DNA of 64,000 bases from positions 352,001 through 416,000 of the forward strand of contig CAWCKY010000004.1 of assembly GCA_963796275.1 (NCBI GenBank). Direction: 5' to 3'. Source of the DNA: an uncultured Acidobacteriota bacterium (GTDB lineage Bacteria; Acidobacteriota; Blastocatellia; RBC074). The notes beneath the pieces are model-generated. The model was not told where the DNA came from and ran no database searches. It was given only the letters and a program-made list of their open reading frames with translations. Shown in pieces: positions 11,844 through 20,943 of the stretch. The stretch's first letter is position 1, and each line of letters starts with the position of its first letter. The translations under genes and the position numbers were made by a program.

Positions 11844-12098
11844 TTACCCGCCTGAGACCGGCGGGAAGATCGCCAGCGTATCCCCATCGTGCAATAATTG
11901 ATCCATTCGGGCGTGCTCTTCGTTGATGGCGATCAGCGCGCTGCGTTCGAATCGTTCGAGTGAAGGGTATCGGTTATTGATTTCGGCCCACGCAGTCGCG
12001 GCATTCGCCGGCTGAGCTAATTCAAACTTAAATTCGCTGATGCCAGCCGCCTCCCGGCAGGCGCCGAAGAGGAGCACGGTGATCTCGATTGTTCTCAT
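11844..12098 (-). CDS. moaD: Molybdopterin synthase sulfur carrier
   Basis: ITVLLFG, AINEE, C-terminal FPPVSGG; start trimmed to ATG 12098. Confidence 0.93.
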   Translation of the reverse strand: MRTIEITVLLFGACREAAGISEFKFELAQPANAATAWAEINNRYPSLERFERSALIAINEEHARMDQLLHDGDTLAIFPPVSGG

Positions 12099-12246
12099 AC
12101 CATAAAATCCTGAATAATCCTGGCTGAACCAAGCCACATTTGTCAAAGCCCGCCGCTTTCCGTTACAATTTTGGATTCGCATCAACTACATATTTTCATC
12201 AAGCGATTTCCATGTGACTTCGCTTGTCGATTTTTCGGAGTTATTG

Positions 12247-15195
12247 ATGTCTGACCTCCCATCTATCGTGGTTCGCGGCGCAAGGGTCAACAACCTTAAG
12301 AATGTTTCTTTCACTATACCGCTCAATTCGCTTACCGTCGTCACCGGCGTGAGCGGTTCAGGCAAATCGTCACTCGCATTCGACACGATATACGCTGAAG
12401 GGCAGCGCCGCTATGTCGAGTCGCTCTCGGCATATGCGCGACAATTCCTCGAACGTATGGATAAACCGGATGTAGACGAGGTGCTCGGCATCTGTCCGGC
12501 CATCGCCATCAATCAGAAGAACTCCACTCGTAATCCGCGTTCCACGGTCGGCACCCAGACCGAAATTTACGACTACCTGCGCCTCCTCTATGCCCGCGTA
12601 GGCGTCACTATCTGCCGCCGGTGCGGGAACACGGTTAAACATGACACACCACAGTCGATCGCCGACGCAATTCTGGGCGCTGAATCCCAAACGGGGCAAT
12701 CGGGGCAATCGGGGCAATCGGGGCAATCGGGGCAATCGGGGCAATCGGGGCAATCGGGGCAATCGGGTGTACCAGAAGGCACACGATTCTATGTGCTCTT
12801 CCCGGCGGCGGCAGGGACTGAATTCGGCGCGGCTGCCGATGACGCGGCGGAAGCGGGAGCTGCGAAATCGAAGAAGAGTAAGCCAACCAAACCATCGAGC
12901 AATTCAATAAAAGCACATCTGATGAGCCTTATGCAGCGCGGCTTCACGAGGCTGTATGACGCCCGGCGCGATGAGATCATTGAATTGCAGACTCCGGACA
13001 GTTTCACGGGCAGCAGCTTCGAGAATATCTTCGTTCTGGTCGATCGTCTTACGATCCGGGCTGACTCGAGCAACAGGCTGGTCGACTCGCTCGAAACCTG
13101 TTATCGCGAAGGGCACGGTCAGGCGGCGATCCAGACAATTGGCGATAACCCGCAGCAGTTTTCCTTCTCCGAAAAGTTCGAGTGTAAAAACTGCGGCCTG
13201 GCATACATTCAACCCGAGCCGCGCCTTTTCAGTTTCAACAACCCGTTCGGGGCCTGCCCGACGTGCCAGGGTTTCGGGAATACCATCGGTCTCGACCTCG
13301 GTCTGGTCATTCCGGATCACAATCTATCGCTGGCCGATGGAGCGATCGAGCCATTCACTAAACCGCAGTATGATTGGTGGCAGAATGAATTGAAGAAGTT
13401 CGCCCGGCGCGAAGGCATCTCGATGACCAAGCCGTTCGCCGACCTGCCGCCGGAGCACCAGCGCGCCATCATCGAAGGCAGTGACGGCTTCGCGGGCATC
13501 AAAGGCTTATTCGATTGGCTCGAGACCAAAAAATATAAACTGCACATCCGCGTGTTCCTGGCGAAATATCGCGGTTACACCGTCTGCCCCGAATGCGAAA
13601 GCGGCAGGTTGCGCGCCGAAGCGCGGGATGTTTATGTCGGCGGGAAGACATTGCCGGAAGCTTGCCGCCTCTCGATCAAGGAAGCATCAGCCTTCTTTAC
13701 CAATCTGCAACTGACGGATGAGCAAGGGGCGATAGCCGACCGGCTGCTCGCTGAGGTTCGCTCACGATTGAAGTTTCTGCTGGATGTCGGTCTCGATTAC
13801 CTGACGCTCAATCGTCTGGCTTCAACTCTGTCCGGCGGCGAGGCGCAGCGCATCCAACTGGCGACACATCTCGGCTCCTCGCTCGTGGGCGCTTTATATG
13901 TCCTCGATGAACCGAGCATCGGCTTGCATCCGCGCGACAGCGCGCGATTGATCAAGCTTCTTGAGAACCTGCGTGAGATCGGCAACACCGTACTCGTGGT
14001 TGAGCACGAGGGCGAGATGATGCGTGCGGCCGATCACATCCTCGATATCGGTTTAGGCGCCGGCGAGCTGGGCGGAGACGTCGTATACGAAGGGCCTTTC
14101 GATGGATTACTCCGCCACGAGACATCGCTGACGGGCAAATATCTGCGCGGCGAAGCTCAAATCAAAACGCCGAAAGAACACCGGCCCTTCGGTAAAAAAC
14201 AGATTCTGCTGCGCGGCGCCCGGCAGCACAATCTGAAGAACATCGACGTGACGATCCCGCTCAATACACTCGTCTGTATCACGGGCGTCTCCGGCTCCGG
14301 TAAATCGACGGTCGTCCACGATTGTCTCTATTCCGGCCTCAAGCACCAGCGCGGCGACTGGCAGGGGCCGGTGGGAGAATTCTCGAGTCTGGAGGGCGGT
14401 AAACAGCTCGATGATGTCATTCTCGTCGACCAATCGCCTATCGGACGCACGCCGCGTTCGAATCCAGTCACGTACATCAAAGTCTACGATGCTATACGCG
14501 AGGCGTTTGCCTCGACTCGCGAAGCGCAGGCGCGCGGTTATAACGCCAGCCATTTCTCCTTCAATGTGCCCGGCGGCCGCTGCGACACCTGCGAAGGCGA
14601 CGGGACCGTAACTGTCGAGATGCAGTTTCTGGCTGATGTCGAGCTGGTCTGCGAAGAATGCAAAGGGACGCGATTTAAATCCGCAACGCTCGACATCAAA
14701 TATCGCGGCAAAAACATTCACGAAGTGCTCAATATGACGGTGCGCGAAGCGATATCGTTCTTTGCGCACTCGCAACGCATCGCGGGAAAATTGAAAGTCC
14801 TCGATGATGTAGGCCTTGGTTATTTGCGACTGGGGCAGTCGGCGACGACCCTATCGGGCGGCGAGGCGCAGCGGGTCAAACTCGCTTCCTATCTCACAAA
14901 AAAGACCGGAGATCATACCCTCTATATCTTTGACGAGCCCACCACCGGATTGCATTTCGATGATATCAACAAACTTCTCACTTCTTTCCGGCGCCTGCTC
15001 GATGCCGGGGCTTCTTTGATCGTGATCGAGCATAACCTGGACGTGATCAAGACCGCTGATTGGATAATCGACCTGGGACCTGAGGGCGGAGATGAGGGCG
15101 GCCGGATCATAGCGACCGGCACCCCTGAAGTGATCGTGGGAGTCGAGGCATCGCATACAGGAAAATATTTGAAGTCGCATCTTGCCAGCGGTTAA
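12247..15195 (+). CDS. uvrA: Excinuclease ABC subunit A
   Basis: Two Walker A motifs GVSGSGKS, two LSGGEAQR signatures, zinc fingers, LFSFNNPFGACP. Confidence 0.96.
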   Translation: MSDLPSIVVRGARVNNLKNVSFTIPLNSLTVVTGVSGSGKSSLAFDTIYAEGQRRYVESLSAYARQFLERMDKPDVDEVLGICPAIAINQKNSTRNPRSTVGTQTEIYDYLRLLYARVGVTICRRCGNTVKHDTPQSIADAILGAESQTGQSGQSGQSGQSGQSGQSGQSGQSGVPEGTRFYVLFPAAAGTEFGAAADDAAEAGAAKSKKSKPTKPSSNSIKAHLMSLMQRGFTRLYDARRDEIIELQTPDSFTGSSFENIFVLVDRLTIRADSSNRLVDSLETCYREGHGQAAIQTIGDNPQQFSFSEKFECKNCGLAYIQPEPRLFSFNNPFGACPTCQGFGNTIGLDLGLVIPDHNLSLADGAIEPFTKPQYDWWQNELKKFARREGISMTKPFADLPPEHQRAIIEGSDGFAGIKGLFDWLETKKYKLHIRVFLAKYRGYTVCPECESGRLRAEARDVYVGGKTLPEACRLSIKEASAFFTNLQLTDEQGAIADRLLAEVRSRLKFLLDVGLDYLTLNRLASTLSGGEAQRIQLATHLGSSLVGALYVLDEPSIGLHPRDSARLIKLLENLREIGNTVLVVEHEGEMMRAADHILDIGLGAGELGGDVVYEGPFDGLLRHETSLTGKYLRGEAQIKTPKEHRPFGKKQILLRGARQHNLKNIDVTIPLNTLVCITGVSGSGKSTVVHDCLYSGLKHQRGDWQGPVGEFSSLEGGKQLDDVILVDQSPIGRTPRSNPVTYIKVYDAIREAFASTREAQARGYNASHFSFNVPGGRCDTCEGDGTVTVEMQFLADVELVCEECKGTRFKSATLDIKYRGKNIHEVLNMTVREAISFFAHSQRIAGKLKVLDDVGLGYLRLGQSATTLSGGEAQRVKLASYLTKKTGDHTLYIFDEPTTGLHFDDINKLLTSFRRLLDAGASLIVIEHNLDVIKTADWIIDLGPEGGDEGGRIIATGTPEVIVGVEASHTGKYLKSHLASG
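12692..12767 (+). repeat. Perfect 9-bp tandem repeat (CGGGGCAAT)x8, in frame in uvrA, encoding (GQS)8
   Basis: Directly visible; 8 identical units plus a partial CGGG. Confidence 0.97.
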
Positions 15196-15243
15196 CGGTG
15201 GCATAAGCGGTGAGGGATTTTACTCTGAACTTCCGATCATATT

Positions 15244-15346
15244 CAGAGACACGGAGGCACAGAGCGAGAGTACGAAGAAAGGAAAGACCCCTGTCGTCTC
15301 GCATTCTTCGACCAACTCCTCTCTGCTCTGCGCCTCCGTGTCTCTG
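15244..15346. repeat. 22-bp inverted repeat (CAGAGACACGGAGGCACAGAGC, 21/22 match) between convergent uvrA and tonB
   Basis: Arms at 15244-15265 and 15325-15346. Confidence 0.8.
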
Positions 15347-15364
15347 TGGAGAACGTGATTTCAA

Positions 15365-15399
15365 ATTTGAGATTTGAAAATCGAGATTTCAGATTTGAA
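15365..15399. repeat. Heptamer array ATTTGAG/ATTTGAA/AATCGAG/ATTTCAG/ATTTGAA
   Basis: Five degenerate 7-mers. Confidence 0.7.
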
Positions 15400-15420
15400 T
15401 CACGGCCCAAGGGTGCGCGC

Positions 15421-16542
15421 TCAATAGAGCGCGAAGTTGAACTCCAGGACGGTACGCACGCTCACCGGCTTCCCATACCGCAAGGCTGGCTGGAAGCGGA
15501 TATTCTTGGCCGCTTCGATCGCATTTTCCGTCAATCCGTAGGGCAATCCCTTGATGGTACGAATGTCGTGAAGGAGCCCGTCCGCGCCGAAAACGACGCT
15601 CAAGACGACAGTTCCCTGCAATAGATTCCGGCGCGCCTCTTCGGTGTATCTGGCCCTCTCTTTATATAAAATCGTCGGTTTGCCAATTATCACGACTGAT
15701 CCGCCATCAGGTCCGCCGGGAGGTCCGCCACCTAACTCCATCGGCCCATCGCCGATATTGCCCCGTTTTCCAGAACCGTAACCAGGACCGTTGCCGTTTG
15801 CGACGCCGGTTCCACCGTCGGCGCCGCGTGATGGCGCTTCGAGTTGCCCATCTGGAATTCCGATCAACCCGTTGAGGCGACGAGAAATGAGTGAGTCGGC
15901 AAAGACCGTCTCCGGCACGATGAGCAGCGGCGCTGGAGTTTTCGGCTGTGAAATATCAGGGAGGTTTATCTGGGGATTAGATGACGTGATCGGCATTTTA
16001 CCTCTGCTGGCCGGCATTTCGTCATTGGCCCCACCGCCACCACCTGAACGTTTCGGTTGTTTCAGGCTGCCGCCGAGCATCCCGCGTCCAGTTTTTGCCT
16101 CATTGATCGCAGTCTTTTCAGGCTCAAATGAAAGCCTGACAGGACCAACCAGATCATCATCCGGGCGGAGCTTATCGGCTTTCGTTCCCGTCATCGGCGC
16201 TTTCAAAAGGCCTACGAGCATCACAATCAGAACTATCGAAGAGTATGTTATCAACGCCGTCGCTACACCGGCTTGCAGCAGTCTCCGGCGGCGCCGGCTG
16301 CTACCTTCACCGCGCAAAAGGTTGATGATGTATCGCAATGGATTACGCTTCATTTCATGCACTGCATCCGCGATCTCATTTCTCAACCTCGCGAGGAGCG
16401 ATCTATTCTTCATTAAAAACTGTAATTCTCCATGCGCGTGAAGGTGGGCTCTCAGGTCGTATTTGACCAACTCTGTCGCATCTCCGGGACAATATTTGAA
16501 TCCATCAGCAAAGCTCCGAGCACACTTGGGACATATCTTCAT
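15421..16542 (-). CDS. Energy transducer TonB-family protein with N-terminal zinc-ribbon-like motif
   Basis: MKICPKC...YCPGD, TM helix, Gly-rich linker, TonB_C YTEEARRNLLQGTVVLSVVFGADG...GLTENAIEAA. Confidence 0.85.
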   Translation of the reverse strand: MKICPKCARSFADGFKYCPGDATELVKYDLRAHLHAHGELQFLMKNRSLLARLRNEIADAVHEMKRNPLRYIINLLRGEGSSRRRRRLLQAGVATALITYSSIVLIVMLVGLLKAPMTGTKADKLRPDDDLVGPVRLSFEPEKTAINEAKTGRGMLGGSLKQPKRSGGGGGANDEMPASRGKMPITSSNPQINLPDISQPKTPAPLLIVPETVFADSLISRRLNGLIGIPDGQLEAPSRGADGGTGVANGNGPGYGSGKRGNIGDGPMELGGGPPGGPDGGSVVIIGKPTILYKERARYTEEARRNLLQGTVVLSVVFGADGLLHDIRTIKGLPYGLTENAIEAAKNIRFQPALRYGKPVSVRTVLEFNFALY

Positions 16543-16862
16543 GATCAGCCTCCTGAAATGTTCTCTTGCTCCGCCGGCAGCAGATTGCCGGCAGATTGTT
16601 AATGCCAAAGATTTCGGAGTTGGTGTGTTTTGAACGACAGGTTAATTGCTTCTTGCAATGAGATGTATATATTTTTTGCAGGCGTCCGGCCCGACCCATC
16701 GGCCCGATGGCGAGAGACATTTTTGGCTGTTTCGTTATTTTTATACATTACACATCCCTTATGCGAATTCTCCGTCGCATTTCAAAAGCGAATTGGATTA
16801 TAGTTTCGCTGCAATACAACTAGAATCACGACAAGCAAAACCCTTTACTAACGAGAGCTGCA

Positions 16863-19800
16863 ATGAAAATCGAACGCCTTCTTATGCCATTCTGTTTCTC
16901 TGTCGGGCTCTTCTTACTGCTCGTCTGCGGATTGGGCTTCAACATCGCGAGCATATCCGCGCAGCAATCCTCCGGAAACGTCGGCGGCTTCACGCTCGGC
17001 CAGGTGCTCAGTTCACCTTTCCCATCGGACCTCACCGCTTCGCCTAAAGGCGAACGGGTCGCCTGGGTTTTCAATGCTCAGGGCAAACGCAACATCTGGG
17101 TTGCTGAAGGCCCTCAGTTCAAGGCGCGCCAGTTGACTCAGAAAAACGAAGATGATGGAACCGAAATAAGTTCTCTCGCATTCACGCACGATGGTAAATG
17201 GGTGATCTTCGTACGCGGCGGTGACGAGAATTCCATCGGCGAAATTCCCAACCCCACTAGCGATCCGGATGGCGCAAGACAGGAGATATTCGCCGTATCT
17301 TTCGATGATGGGCGCCTTCTTCACCTGGCAAACGGAAATTCGCCCGTCGCTTCTCCCATCGGCAACCGCATCGTCTTCAATAAGGACGGCCAGCTATGGA
17401 CGGTTGAGCTTGCCGAAGGCTCTGAGCCGCATCCGTTTTTTGCCGCGCGAGGAAGTAACATTTCCCCGGTCTGGTCACCGGACGGCAGCAAACTCGCGTT
17501 CAATAGCTCACGCAGCGATCACGCCTTCATCGGCGTCTATGACATCGAAAAGAACTCCATCAAATATCTTGCGCCCTCGATCGATCGTGATAGCGATCCG
17601 CGCTGGTCTCCCGACGGGAGGCGGATCGCCTTCATTCGCCGCCCCACTCGCGGCTCGCTCCCCCGACAGATATTCAGAGATCTGCCTGATCCTTGGGTAA
17701 TCATGGTAGCCGATCTGAACACCGGCAAAGTGTCGGAGGTCTGGCAAAGCGGAGACAAAGCTGTTGATTCTATGCCGTCGATCGCTGAACAAAACGTCTT
17801 GCACTGGGCTGCTGATGACCGCCTGGTCTTCAGTTCAGAGATGGATGGCTGGCTGCACCTTTATTCGATCCCGGCGCAGGGTGGCAAGCCGGTCTTGCTC
17901 ACTCCCGGTCAATGCGAATACGAGCAGATGACATTTACGACGGATAAGCGTGAGATCGTCTATTCATCGAATTGCGGCGACATCGACCGGCGCCAGTTGA
18001 AACGGGTCGCTATCACCGGCGGGGCAGACGGAGGGCGTTTCATTACTGCGAAAGATCAAATCGCCTGGAGTCCGGTCGTAACCGGCTCTGGCGCGCATCT
18101 GATCTTCCTCAAATCCGATGCACAGATACCGGCGATGCCATATGCCGTCCCGCTGCAATCCACGGGGAATCTCAATAGCGCCCCCTCACCGGTGGCCGCC
18201 GACTTTTTCCCCAAGGACTTCCCCAAACTGGTCTCACCGCAGGGAGCCATCTTCAAGGCCGCGGATGGTATCGAAATTCACGGCCAGCTATTTCTGCCGC
18301 CTAACGCCAAGGCGGGTGAGAAATTGCCCGCGGTGATCTTTATGCACGGCGGTCCGGTCCGCCAGATGTTCTTGGGCTGGCATAACCGCTACTACTACCA
18401 CAACGCTTATGGATTCAACCAATACCTCGCCAGCCGCGGCTACGCCGTACTGTCCGTCAATTTTCGCCTGGGCATCGGGTACGGCCGCGCATTTCGCGCC
18501 GTCAACAACGGCGGCGGGCGCGGCGCTGCCGAGTATCAGGATGTTCTCGCGGCGGCCAACTATCTGCGTTCCCGCAGCGATATCGATCAATCGAAGATCG
18601 GCCTGTGGGGTGGAAGCTATGGCGGGTATCTGACGGCATTGGGGTTGGCGCGCAATTCGGATTTGTTCGCAGCCGGCGTCGATCTGCACGGCGTCCACGA
18701 CTGGGCGGTGCGAATCTCGAACGCCTCGTGGATCGACTATGGCGACCGCGACGCGATCAAGATCGCGCGCGAATCATCGCCCATCAGTTCGATCGAAAAA
18801 TGGCGCTCGCCCGTGCTCCTGGTTCACGGCGACGACGATCGTAACGTCGCATTCTCGCAGACGGTCGAGCTCGCCCGGCGGTTGCGCGAGCAAAAAGTCC
18901 ACTTCGAACAAATAGTCTATCCCGATGAGATCCACGACTTCCTGCTGCATCGCCATTGGCTCGAGATATACCGGGCCGCTGCGAGCTTCTTCGATCGTCA
19001 TTTGAAACAGAAACGGGCCGCGCAACGCGTGTCAAAGGTCGACATCCTGCTGCGCAGCGGCAGCGTGATCGACGGGAGCGGCGCGAACCCGCAGACAGCC
19101 GACGTCGGCATCGCGAACGATCGAATCGTCTTTGTCGGGGACTCTGCGAAAGAGAACTTGCAGGCCGCCCGAATTATCGACGCGAGCGGTTTGATAATCG
19201 CTCCGGGTTTTATCGATCCGCACACTCACGCCTGGGATTACCTCTCGAAACCGGAATATAAGAGCAACGAAAATTTTTTGTTTCAAGGCGTGACCACGGT
19301 TCTGACCGGCAACGACGGGGCAAGCCCTTTCCCAATCGCCGAGACTCTCGCTCTGTGGGAGCGACAGGGCCTTGGCACCAATGCGGCGCTCCTGGTCGGA
19401 CACGGTAAGATACGGCAGATCGTAATGGGTATGAGCGATGCCGAACCGGGATCCGAACAACTCGCAAAGATGAAACTTCTCGTGCGGCAGTCAATGGACG
19501 AGGGCGCGTTCGGACTGTCTACCGGCCTCTATTACGCCCCCGGCAGCTTCGCCAGAACCGAAGAAGTGATCGAACTGGCCAGGACGGTCGCTGAACGCGG
19601 CGGTATATACGACACGCATATGCGGGACGAAAGCTCGTACAGCATCGGTCTGCTCGGCTCGATCACAGAGACCATACGCATCGGACGCGAGGCCGGGATT
19701 CCCGTCCATATATCTCACATCAAAGCGCTCGGAATGGATGTTTGGGGCCAGAGCGCGCAGGCTATCGAGCTGATCAATCGCGCAAGGGCCGAAGGAATCG

Positions 19801-20537
19801 ACGTTACCGCCAATCAGTATCCGTACACCGCATCGGGTACCAGCCTCTCTTCCGCATTGGTGCCTCGCTGGGCGGAAGCTGGCGGTGATGCCGAACTGCG
19901 CAAGCGGATCAACGATCCGAGCGTGAGGCTGCGGCTGGTCTCCGACATGGAAGTTAATCTCAAACGTCGCGGCGGCGCAGAATCTCTCCTGATAACTTCG
20001 GCAAACGATGGACGGCTGGTCGGTAAGCGCCTGAGTGAGATCGCGAAAAAGTCAGACCAGGCTCCGGTCGAAGCGGCGCTCTCATTGATCAAAACCTCGG
20101 GTCGCGTCGGCGTCGCTTCGTTCAACATGAACGAAAATGACATCGAGAATTTTATGCGGCAGCCCTGGGTTATGACCGGGAGCGATGCCTCTGGCGGCCA
20201 TCCGCGTAAATATGGCAGTTATCCGCGCAAAATTCGCGAATATGTGCTTAATCGCAAAGTCATCTCCATGCCTCGAATGGTCGAGGCGAGCAGCCATCAA
20301 GTCGCCCAAATATTCAAATTGCGCGACCGCGGAAAAATCTGCGCGGGTTTTTTCGCGGATGTGATCCTCTTCGATGAAAAGACGGTCGCTGACCGCGCAA
20401 CCTATGAACAGCCGGAGCAGCTGGCGAGCGGAATACGATATGTAATCGTCAATGGGAAGCTGGCGATTGATGATGGGAAATACACAGGGGCTTTGGCTGG
20501 TAGGGCTTTGCGTGGAACGGGAAGCAGAGAATATTAG
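16863..20537 (+). CDS. Secreted fusion of S9 peptidase (TolB-like propeller plus alpha/beta hydrolase) and N-acyl-D-amino-acid deacylase
   Basis: WSPDG repeats, HGGP, GGSYGG, HGDDDRNV, EIH; then PGFIDPHTH, THMRDE, HISHIK, GSD, ADVILFD; continuous 1224-aa ORF. Confidence 0.88.
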   Translation: MKIERLLMPFCFSVGLFLLLVCGLGFNIASISAQQSSGNVGGFTLGQVLSSPFPSDLTASPKGERVAWVFNAQGKRNIWVAEGPQFKARQLTQKNEDDGTEISSLAFTHDGKWVIFVRGGDENSIGEIPNPTSDPDGARQEIFAVSFDDGRLLHLANGNSPVASPIGNRIVFNKDGQLWTVELAEGSEPHPFFAARGSNISPVWSPDGSKLAFNSSRSDHAFIGVYDIEKNSIKYLAPSIDRDSDPRWSPDGRRIAFIRRPTRGSLPRQIFRDLPDPWVIMVADLNTGKVSEVWQSGDKAVDSMPSIAEQNVLHWAADDRLVFSSEMDGWLHLYSIPAQGGKPVLLTPGQCEYEQMTFTTDKREIVYSSNCGDIDRRQLKRVAITGGADGGRFITAKDQIAWSPVVTGSGAHLIFLKSDAQIPAMPYAVPLQSTGNLNSAPSPVAADFFPKDFPKLVSPQGAIFKAADGIEIHGQLFLPPNAKAGEKLPAVIFMHGGPVRQMFLGWHNRYYYHNAYGFNQYLASRGYAVLSVNFRLGIGYGRAFRAVNNGGGRGAAEYQDVLAAANYLRSRSDIDQSKIGLWGGSYGGYLTALGLARNSDLFAAGVDLHGVHDWAVRISNASWIDYGDRDAIKIARESSPISSIEKWRSPVLLVHGDDDRNVAFSQTVELARRLREQKVHFEQIVYPDEIHDFLLHRHWLEIYRAAASFFDRHLKQKRAAQRVSKVDILLRSGSVIDGSGANPQTADVGIANDRIVFVGDSAKENLQAARIIDASGLIIAPGFIDPHTHAWDYLSKPEYKSNENFLFQGVTTVLTGNDGASPFPIAETLALWERQGLGTNAALLVGHGKIRQIVMGMSDAEPGSEQLAKMKLLVRQSMDEGAFGLSTGLYYAPGSFARTEEVIELARTVAERGGIYDTHMRDESSYSIGLLGSITETIRIGREAGIPVHISHIKALGMDVWGQSAQAIELINRARAEGIDVTANQYPYTASGTSLSSALVPRWAEAGGDAELRKRINDPSVRLRLVSDMEVNLKRRGGAESLLITSANDGRLVGKRLSEIAKKSDQAPVEAALSLIKTSGRVGVASFNMNENDIENFMRQPWVMTGSDASGGHPRKYGSYPRKIREYVLNRKVISMPRMVEASSHQVAQIFKLRDRGKICAGFFADVILFDEKTVADRATYEQPEQLASGIRYVIVNGKLAIDDGKYTGALAGRALRGTGSREY

Positions 20538-20676
20538 CAATTTAATAGCTGCAACAATTTCTTTGACAAAGGTTGATCCGGCCCCGAAGGGGCTCCGGAA
20601 TGGCAAACCGCATTTATCTGTCAAGAACCTTCCGCGCCCTACTTAGGTAGAACAGAATCAGAAAAATCATTATGCC

Positions 20677-20943
20677 ATGCATATTCTCGCGGCTGATCAT
20701 TCTCTTTATGACTATACTGATGCCGGCCCCGGCTTCAACGTGAACCTATTGCAAAATGCAGGCACCGGCCTTTTCAAAAGTGAGCATCCTGAGCCGGTGT
20801 CCTTATCCCCTATGCTGATTGTCTGCCCCGTGGCCGATGGCCATCCCAAAGCGCTTAAAGCCGGCGAGAGTGTAAAAGTCCACATTGCCAGGGAGAACTG
20901 TGGGCTGTCGAGCGAAGAATTTCTCAAGAGATATCTGAGGTGA
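20677..20943 (+). CDS. Hypothetical small protein (doubtful)
   Basis: 88-aa ORF whose stop overlaps the next ORF's GTG; no clear motif. Confidence 0.25.
   Translation: MHILAADHSLYDYTDAGPGFNVNLLQNAGTGLFKSEHPEPVSLSPMLIVCPVADGHPKALKAGESVKVHIARENCGLSSEEFLKRYLR

Noticed and set aside
12100-12246. LexA box upstream of uvrA
   Set aside because: No GTTC-N7-GTTC or CTGT-N8-ACAG site found; only a possible TTGTCA-N18-TACAAT promoter
12370-12916. Alternative-frame ORFs with (PRL)n, (PDC)n, (IAP)n and (GNR)n repeats
   Set aside because: They are other readings of the 9-bp repeat inside uvrA; the CxxC-like (PDC)n peptide has no independent support
20850-20943. HicA-like C-terminus ([16 protein letters not shown]) in the 88-aa ORF
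   Set aside because: No GSH motif and no hicB neighbour; similarity too short
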